From contig OZ024744.1 in the NCBI GenBank assembly GCA_964016885.1, positions 84,692,001 through 84,756,000 of the forward strand: a stretch of DNA of 64,000 bases, read 5' to 3'. Below the pieces are notes generated by a model. The model ran no database searches. It was given only the letters and a program-made list of their open reading frames with translations, and had not been told where the DNA came from. Origin of the DNA: Eledone cirrhosa (Eukaryota). This document shows positions 56,408 to 64,000 of this stretch, piece by piece (position 1 is the stretch's first letter; every line of letters begins with the position of its first letter). The position numbers were made by a program, and so were the translations under genes.

Positions 56408-57525
56408 AAGTGGAAGCTTAGTAAAATCGAAACTTTGGCTGTGGGCAAGCAAAGTCGACTTACAATATTAATGAGTTAGCAAAGCACTCAATAAGGGTAG
56501 GTCCTTAGAGTAATAACATACGTTTAAATAGCTTGACAAATCAAATTAAACATTGCGGTAGGCAAAACCTAACACACAATACCAATGTAACGAAAAAAAT
56601 CTAACAGGTTAAAAAGATACACCTGGACAAATCAAACGATATACGTTTAAAGTGTTTTTATAAGTCCGAAATCAAATATCCGACCTACGTAACAGGCACG
56701 CTCGTGGTATTCCATGATCGAACAGAGGATTCATTTCATCAACAGGGATTACGTTCTGCCAAAAGTCGGAGTGGACGCTAAATGCTCTGCTATAAGCAAG
56801 CCAAACGTACATTTAGTTGTCACGTGTTATTTCCAACCAGGGTAGCAACCCCCGGTTTTTGGCAGGTAGATTCAAAGTGTTTAACAAAGGAAATATTATA
56901 ATTTCCGCTAACATTCAGAATAAAAGCTCTCAACCAGATGTTATTAAACAAACACAAATAATTAACCAATCAACAGAATAGTCTAATTAAATTAATTAGT
57001 TAATTATTAAATCTAGGAGAAAATAATACAAGTGGAAGCTTAGTAAAATTGAAGCTTTGGCTGTGGGCAAGCAAAGTCGACCTACAATAGGAATGAGTTA
57101 GCAAAGCACTCAATAAGGGTAGGTCCTTAGAGTAATAACATACGTTTAAATAGCTTGACAAATCAAATTAAACATTGTGGTAGGCAAAACCTAACACACA
57201 ATACCAATGTAACGAAAAATCTAACAGGTTAAAAAGATACACCTGGACAAATCAAACGATATACGTTTAAAGTGTTTTTATGAGTCCGAAATCAAATATC
57301 CGACCTACGTAACAGGCACGCTCGTGGTATTCCATGATCGAACAGAGGATTCATTTCATCAACAGGGATTCCGTTCTGCCAAAAATCGGAGTGGACGCTA
57401 AATGTTGCTGCTATAAGCAAGCCAAACGCACATTTAGTTGTCACGTGTTATTTCCAACCAGGGAAGCAACCCCCGGTTTTTGGCGGGTAGATTCAAAGTG
57501 TTAAACAAAGGAAATATTATAATTA
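56408..57525. repeat. Tandem duplication, ~620-bp period
   Basis: 56408-56903 matches 57030-57523 with few differences. Confidence 0.88.
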
Positions 57526-57536
57526 TATTATATATG

Positions 57537-57578
<42 letters not shown>

Positions 57579-57601
57579 CATATATAATATAATTATAATA
57601 C

Positions 57602-57734
57602 TTCTGAAGGTTTGTTGGTTCATCACTGGATAGAACTGGTCATTCCGTATGGTCAATCCTGGTGTAATATTGTGAAGGATTGACCATACGGAATTACCAG
57701 TTCTATCCAGTGGTGAATCAACAAACCTTAAGAA
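57602..57734. repeat. Imperfect palindrome, ~59-bp arms
   Basis: 57602-57660 is the reverse complement of 57675-57734. Confidence 0.8.
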
Positions 57735-59366
57735 ATAATGCTCCTATAATGTTGAGCACTTCAAAATGTAATATTGAACAGCGGCACTGACTTCAGTGTA
57801 CAGCTATTACCAGCATGGGATTAACTGATCTACTTGCCATTCGGATTTTGGCTGCTCTGCGCCTTATCTACCGCCACCTGATACCACTTCCTTGTCGGGA
57901 TGATTCCGATTCCGACAAAACTCTACGTATTATACTAAAACTTGTATTGTATTGACTGTATTCTCTACTCTATATCTCAGGACTTTTTGTGACTCGCACT
58001 GAATTCGGAACCAGAACTTTACACTAGGTACAATCTGTTACCATTCCATCTCCTCCATCCTCTATATCTGTATCTATATGTACAACTTATATTATTTTAC
58101 TAGAACTTGATCTATATTGACTCTTATTTACCTTTATTTACCTTTATTAATTTTTTTACTATCTCATTAATGTATATTTTATTACTTTATTATTTTCTAT
58201 TATTTTATTAATGTATTTTTATCAATGTATTGGTATTTTTTTGTAACTTTTCCTTACTCAAGTCATTATGCACCTTCATAGCCCCCTACCCACCTAAGAA
58301 CCACACTACCTATAACCCGGACTAACTGGGACTTTAAAATAAATTAAATAATTTTGATCTATTTGCACTTTTCATTGTTTGACTTGTGTAGTGGCTTTTT
58401 CCCGGCTGCGCGCTGGGCACTCGGAAAGTTCAGCCTTCCTTGAGTGCTCGGAAAAATAAATTTCTCCTCTTTCGGTAAATGAAATTACTCGGAGTGGCTT
58501 GCTCTGCTCCAGTCCCACCGCGCCCCCTGTTTTGGCCGCCTAATTATACCTGTACCTACAAACTCCAGGTCTGGGCACAACTATTAGCTGTATCATGCTT
58601 CTATTGACACGTAAATAAACCCCTAATGTGTGATTTAATAGTATTCGTGGTATAGACGATGGCCTGTCGAAATTGTGGGGTTCCCGCTAGCGATCCCGGG
58701 GCCAAAGTTAGCTACGTTCCTAGAGTACTCGGAAAAATTAATTTCCATTTCTTTCGCTGGACGATACCACTTGAGACTGGCTGACTCACGGTGTTGGGTG
58801 TGCTGGCTGGGACTCCCAATCGAAATCTTTACTCTATATCCCATCCTAATATCTTATCGAGTTAAATAAAAAAAAGATTTTTCATATAAGACTCTCTCCG
58901 TAAGTTCGTTAAATAAATAAATCTCGCTACCTCTATTTTCCAATTTACCGTTTTGCAATATAATATTTTTAATTTAATTTATTTCATCCTATAACTCGCA
59001 ACATAAGTTTAGCGTTCCAATCTTCGGTTCACACATTAGACCATACAGACACCCACTATAGATTCTTTGGGTAGCATTTTTTTCGCGGCATTTTCTAACA
59101 TGAATGTAGTTTGACCCTTACACTACACTTCTTTCTCCCTTTCTTTCCTCCCCTTTTTCTTTGACGGAGTGGTGGTAGTATATGATAGGCCTGCGCCCCC
59201 TTACCAGATATTCACTGGTAGTTTTCGGTTGTCAACACTTTGAGGGCGGCTGGCTGTGTAGCTAGTTGGTCAGCCGCCGTTTCTGTCTTTGGTTTCCCGG
59301 ACCCATATATATATATGTATATATATATAATATATAAGATCAAAAGATGGTTAAAAGAGTTCCATG

Positions 59367-59437
59367 TATTTTATTATGCGCATTTCAAAAACAAATATCA
59401 TCATGCAATAACATTTGCGTTTTCGTCAGATAAAATA
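59367..59437 (-). ncRNA. Type I hammerhead ribozyme, inverted copy
   Basis: Reverse complement of 59556-59626. Confidence 0.75.
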
Positions 59438-59555
59438 GGGAGACATGATATGAAGGTTAAAACACACTTGTGAATAGTGCAGTTTTAAATCAACATATGT
59501 TGATTTAAAACTGCACTATTCACAAGTGTGTTTTAACCTTCATATCATGTCTCCC

Positions 59556-59626
59556 TATTTTATCTGACGAAAACGCAAATGTTATTGCATGATGATATTT
59601 GTTTTTGAAATGCGCATAATAAAATA
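59556..59626 (+). ncRNA. Type I hammerhead ribozyme
   Basis: tattttat-CTGACGA-stem II-GAAA-tgcgca-TA-ataaaata; 8-bp stem I; palindromic stem III. Confidence 0.78.
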
Positions 59627-59771
59627 CATGAAACTCTTTTAACCATCTTTTGATCTTATATATTATTTATACTCCAGTCCTACAAACTGTAGAGTGCTAC
59701 TTATCCGATATCTGCATTGCTTTATTGTACTACAATAAAACTCACCTCCTACACACACACACACACACACG

Positions 59772-59944
<173 letters not shown>

Positions 59945-60026
59945 AAATATATATATATATATGTATATCTCTATATTTGAAAGGCAAAGTGACTTGTAAA
60001 TAGAACATATATACACACACACACTC

Positions 60027-60150
<124 letters not shown>

Positions 60151-60849
60151 TCTCTTTACAAGTCTCTTTGCCTTTCAAATATAATGTCACCTTCATCGCT
60201 GTTCTTTCTAGTATATTTCTGATTTTCAAGCTGTTCATTCTTTGTTTTTTGTTTGTGTTTTTTTGTTCGTTTTTTTTCCTTTGTTGTTGTTGTTTACAGA
60301 TTGTTGACAAGGTTATCCAATATGTTCTCCTTTGTTTTGAGGGTGATCTAGCAGCTGTTATCTCTACCCGGTCAAGTGAACACTTTGTGGCCTCATTTTT
60401 GAAATCAACGTGTAAGCTGAGCATTCTGTACCCATCACGTAATTTTCAGGGAGATTTGGCGTTACACAATGTGATTTAAGGGTGATTTAGCTGCTATTAT
60501 CTCTAGCCGTTCAAATGAACACTAAGTGGCCTTGCTTTTCGTCTTGTCTATTTTTACCATCTCAAATAGCTCGGTCATTTATGCCGAATAGAAGATAGTC
60601 GCATTCCAAAGCAACTCTTGTTGGGTGTATTAACAGGTAACAGGAGAAGCAGAAGCCACTCACGGAAGTGCTGCATTAAAGAATATCTGAACTCCTTCGG
60701 CTTCAACTTCTCAACATGGCATAACACGGCTGCAGACCACAGTTCCCGATAGAAGCAAACAAAGGATGGCTGCGTTCTTTCAGAAGCGTAACTTGCCCAG
60801 CGAACGGAAAGGCGCCGAGAGTCACCATCGTTTAAAAATGAAGGGGAAG

Positions 60850-61285
60850 AGAATTTAAAAAAAAATGCTTTGTATTTATTGTGAAGAAATAATTGTTGTT
60901 TTGTTAAAGTAGTATTGGAAAGGTCTATAAATGCCACAAATGAGAGGAAACGGAAAGCGGGAAACAAGGAGCGGGAAACAAGGACTTCTAGACAAAGGAA
61001 GAAAGAAAGGAAAAGAGGAGAGAGTGACAGACTCTACACCTAGGCTTCTAGCGGCTTCTTGGTTGCGCTCCAAGGATAAAATGACAAAAGCATTTCCGCG
61101 GACAATGACTAGCGACATATGCTGCAACAGCCACCCCTTTTCGCGGGGCTACTTCTTCTGAGAGGCTGTTATCGATCCGATTTTATGGAGGTGGTCAGCT
61201 GTGCGAGGTCCGAAGATACCTGAGATCTCGACAGCGATCAGTACAAAGAGAAAAAGTGGCCGGACAAGCTCAAGTATTTGCTTGA
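60850..61285 (-). mobile_element. CRE-like LINE 3' fragment
   Basis: Minus: FVLIAVEISGIFG...WLLQHMSLVIVRGNAFVIL. Confidence 0.65.
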
Positions 61286-61354
61286 AATATTATAAAGTGA
61301 CAATGTATAATCGTTAACATCAATTCCATTATTTATGGTAAACTAAGGGTGATG

Positions 61355-61692
61355 TATTGGCAGTATTGCTTTACGTTCTGTGTTCAAATCCCTCCAAGGT
61401 TAGCTTTGCCTTTCTTCCTTAGGGGTTGATAAAATAAACTACCAGTAATGCACTGGAGTCAATTTAATCGACTTCCCCTTCCCTAAAAATTGTTTGCCTT
61501 GTGCCTAAATCATAAACCATAAGTAGAGCGTCAGACACCATGCTTTGCAGCATAGAGTTATGGCCCTTTACGTTCCAAGTTCAAATCCCGCCGAGGTTAA
61601 ATTTGCCTTTCATCCTTACAGGGTCGATAAAATAAAACACCAGTAATACACTGGGGTAATTGCTGGCCTTGTGCCCAAAATAGAAACAACTA
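61355..61692 (+). mobile_element. Two adjacent tRNA-derived SINE family A copies
   Basis: gttcaaatccc B-boxes at ~61382 and ~61579, each followed by the family A central domain. Confidence 0.72.
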
Positions 61693-61927
61693 TTTATGGT
61701 AAACTCATATTTTTTCCGCATTATCAGGTCCCAAGACAGACAAATATTCAAATATCCCTCAATTTACACGTTGATCTTTTACCGTTGTGTATATGTAATA
61801 ATCAACGATGAATTGTCTACAGGCAAGCTGGATCTAATGCATATATAGCAACCATAATCTCCCTCAAATAACACATTGTTGTTTTATGTATGTATGTATG
61901 TATGTATATATGTATATATTTATGTCA

Positions 61928-62200
61928 GGTCACCAGTTGGTGCTACTGGTAACATGTATCCCAGTGCAACCTGTCTCATGGTCGGGTCGTTGGCGACTAA
62001 ACTGGCAACCCCACCAAGGTTTCTTGGTGAGGAGAGTGACTTTGAACATCCTGCAGGACTAAAAACAAAACCTGTCAAAGGGCAAAGGAGCTCTTAAGAG
62101 TCAATGGCCATCCAAAATCACCGGGAGAGATGACCCCTTAGCCTTTGTTAAGGCAGAATTCTAGGAGAAGGAAAACTCTGATATAACACCTGCAACCCTG
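61928..62200 (+). mobile_element. Probable RTE-type LINE 5' UTR with candidate HDV-like ribozyme at 61928-62005
   Basis: Begins at a G right after a (TATG)n tract; nested pairings described in findings; RTE 3' end follows at 62380-62533. Confidence 0.4.
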
Positions 62201-62379
62201 ATGGTATCCAATGATGTTGACTTGTTCTTCTTTTTGGTAAATATCATCTTGGTTAAGAGAGTGGGACTGGCTTTGTGCAGTGCTTTTGCTCACTATAAAA
62301 GCTTCACGGCACAGGCATTGCTTTATATCTGGAGATCTCTCTGCACTTGTTGTCACATGGTACCATGGGCCCAGCACTA

Positions 62380-62533
62380 TGTGTCAATAATTGTCACAAG
62401 TGTAGTGTTTGTACCAGCGTTTTCAAGTCGTTGGCTGGACTAAAAAGTCACACTCGTTCAGCGCATCGGTAGGAGTTCTCCTACATGGATATAAAGTAGT
62501 GGCCGTACTCGAAAACGAGTTGGCAGCCATCAT
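62380..62533 (+). mobile_element. RTE-type LINE 3' end
   Basis: CSVCTSVFKSLAGLKSHTRSAHR* then the gtggccgtactcgaaaacgag terminal hairpin. Confidence 0.62.
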
Positions 62534-63059
62534 ATATGTATGTATGTCAGGGGCGAAGGGTGCGTACATGCGTTGTAGAATCTTGAGTTGATCAATTGCG
62601 TCGATTGAAGCAAGCAGAATGTTGGCTGCTTACTAAAACGTATAGACAAAAAAAAATAACACATACACACATACACACAAACACATACACACAAACACAT
62701 GCACACAAACACATGACAGCTTTAGGGGCAAGCAGAATTTTGACTGCTTACTAAATCGTAGACACATAAAAAGATAACACACACACACACTAGATAACAC
62801 TACATGCGGCTTTGACCGGGAGGGTCATTTAGAGGGAATTGGTGTGTGTCTGTGGGGGTGGGGTAAGGCTGCACAACCCCACTTTCCGCCATGGCGATTG
62901 GACTGCATGCCCTGCTTTCCAGGTTACCCTTCGCCACTAATGTATGTATGTATAAATATATATATATGTATGTACATATGTATGTTATTATCTTTGCCCT
63001 AATTTCGAGTACACTTTTGACCGGCCACCTTCCTGGTGGCAAGGTTGTAAAAGAAAATA

Positions 63060-63785
63060 AATTGTCGTCCTTTCAATCGCAAGAATGTTTTGCGAATGTT
63101 GAAGGTACCAGCTATCGCAGCCATTTGTAGTCTATGAATTAGGGAACAGCGCTCGTTGTCCACAAATCCAAGTTCAGTCATACTTTGGTCCAAGCAGGTA
63201 GGTATATAACCTGTAGCTCCAATAATGATGGGTATTAAGCTGAAGTGTATCTTGGATACTGGATCTGCAAACTCCTCATCAATGATCCGTAGTTGTCCTC
63301 CTTCTCTTGTATTTTTCTTACAACTTTGAGATCAAGTGGGCAGCTGATCTCTACAACAGAGCACGTTTTCAATATGTGGTCCCAAACAACATTATCAGGC
63401 CAGTTGTGCTTTAATTTGGTGGCAGTTTTTATTTTCAGGTTCCACCAATATTCTTTAGTGCCATCTGTCTCAACATATTCCACCTCATTTGCTTTCCTAA
63501 GTGTGGTCCAGGTGGTTCTAGCTATTGCATCGTGTCTCATAGGGAGGTAGTAGCAAGACAACATTATTTCGCAATTAGCAACAATGTGGCTAACATCTTC
63601 GATCTTTGTTTTACATTTATTGTTGACCGATGGCCCTCCTCCTTTGTGCAGCAGATATTTGCATAGAGATATCCTTCAAGGTGGGATGTCATAAACTTGT
63701 CAGAATTCCATGCCAGGCTCTTTGGATGATTTATCCCATCTATGGTCTGTGTTTTTCGTCTCAGATACCCATACACAACTTTCTC
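63060..63785 (-). pseudogene. R4/Dong-like RLE LINE C-terminal remnant (second family)
   Basis: YYLPMRHDAIAR, KHNWPDNVVWD..CSVVEISCPLD..KEDNY, IIIGATGYIP. Confidence 0.7.
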
Positions 63786-64000
63786 TGTATGTATGTATGT
63801 AAGTATATATGCATGTATGTATGTTCTTCTGGTTTCACAAATGTTTGCCAATAGAGAGAGCTGGTTGCTTACATAGATAGAAGACTCTCTCATTGGAATT
63901 TACACAACGTCTTCTAGGTAGATATGCATGCATGTCTGCATGCATGCATGTGTAGGTATGGATGTTATTGTATGTGTGGATGTGCATGTTTTGAGTTATA

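Larger units (their letters stand above)
59330..59663. repeat. Spacerless palindrome (~165-bp arms) carrying two divergent hammerheads
   Basis: Centre caacat|atgttg at 59496/59497; one mismatch noticed. Confidence 0.9.

Overview
AT-rich animal (eukaryotic) DNA with no recognisable host protein-coding gene; the (TA)n-saturated background and SINE types suggest a cephalopod such as Octopus (inference, not verified). The window is a nest of mostly decayed transposable elements: four L1/Tx1-clade LINE copies, R4/Dong-clade and CRE-like restriction-endonuclease LINEs, RTE fragments, a near-intact CR1, two Penelope-like RT/GIY-YIG elements, a hAT-Charlie derivative, tRNA-SINEs and a Rep-Pif1 Helitron. 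Positions ~223-41,810 are three tandem, independently remodelled copies of one large segment. Main points of interest: (i) the Helitron lacks its normal 3' end and instead carries a ~1-kb inverted copy of its own 5' region, a possible hairpin-RNA silencing locus; (ii) about ten type I hammerhead ribozyme motifs from several Penelope pLTR families, several in fold-back palindromes and one family with a ~115-nt stem II; (iii) a Dong and a Tx1 element fused head-to-head inside an (ATT)n tail; (iv) a candidate HDV-like ribozyme at an RTE-like 5' end. All coordinates were read by eye and may be off by a few bases.
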